Source of the DNA: Lama guanicoe
Lineage: Eukaryota
Assembly (NCBI GenBank): GCA_013239625.1
Contig: MU053881.1
Span: 7,277,957-7,341,956 of the forward strand
Direction: 5' to 3'
DNA length: 64,000 bases
Shown: positions 63,790-64,000 of the stretch, in pieces
Position numbering within the stretch: the first letter of the stretch is position 1
Layout of the letters: every line of letters begins with the position of its first letter
Position numbers and translations under genes: made by a program
The notes under the pieces: generated by a model
Seen by the model: only the letters and a program-made list of their open reading frames with translations
Databases searched by the model: none
Told to the model about the DNA's origin: nothing

Positions 63790-64000
63790 CCCAGAGGCTG
63801 CTGTGCTGGTTCCATATGCAGGTTTTATTAGGCCTGAAAATATTGTTTAAAAAACAAATCAGCAGATTTCCCATATAAAGCCATTTGGATAACTTCTCTC
63901 TCTCAAAAAAAAAAAAAAGGAGGGGAGGGGAAGTTCAGGTAGCATTGAGCCCACATACTGACACAGTAACAAAATCACCTGGCATTGATTCACAGCCGTC
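63790..64000. mobile_element. MER102-like hAT-Charlie fragment
   Basis: aaatcagcagatttcccatataaa...ggtagcattgagcccacat. Confidence 0.5.

Overview
Mammalian genomic DNA, most likely camelid (camel/llama/alpaca), inferred from a Vic-1-type tRNA-derived SINE at 53710-53854. The window lies inside DOCK2, transcribed on the minus strand. Only two internal coding exons are present: 38946-39094 (149 bp) and 14366-14461 (96 bp). They have canonical AG/GT ends, splice in frame across a ~24.5 kb intron, and match exons I recall as human DOCK2 exons 26 and 27. The rest is intron, densely filled with old repeats: MIR, L2, L3/CR1, L1M fragments, hAT and TcMar MITEs, and ERV1/ERVL/MaLR solo LTRs. A few younger insertions still show target-site duplications (TSDs). 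No ORF in the supplied track is a credible independent gene. I found no evidence for a new biological system. The best leads are small: a retroposon remnant with a perfect 17-bp TSD, candidate immune-type enhancer motif clusters, a CpG patch with a CTCF-like site, a possible frameshifting micro-exon, and loss of polyA signals in LTRs oriented with the gene. Repeat family names come from recalled consensus sequences, and most repeat boundaries are approximate.
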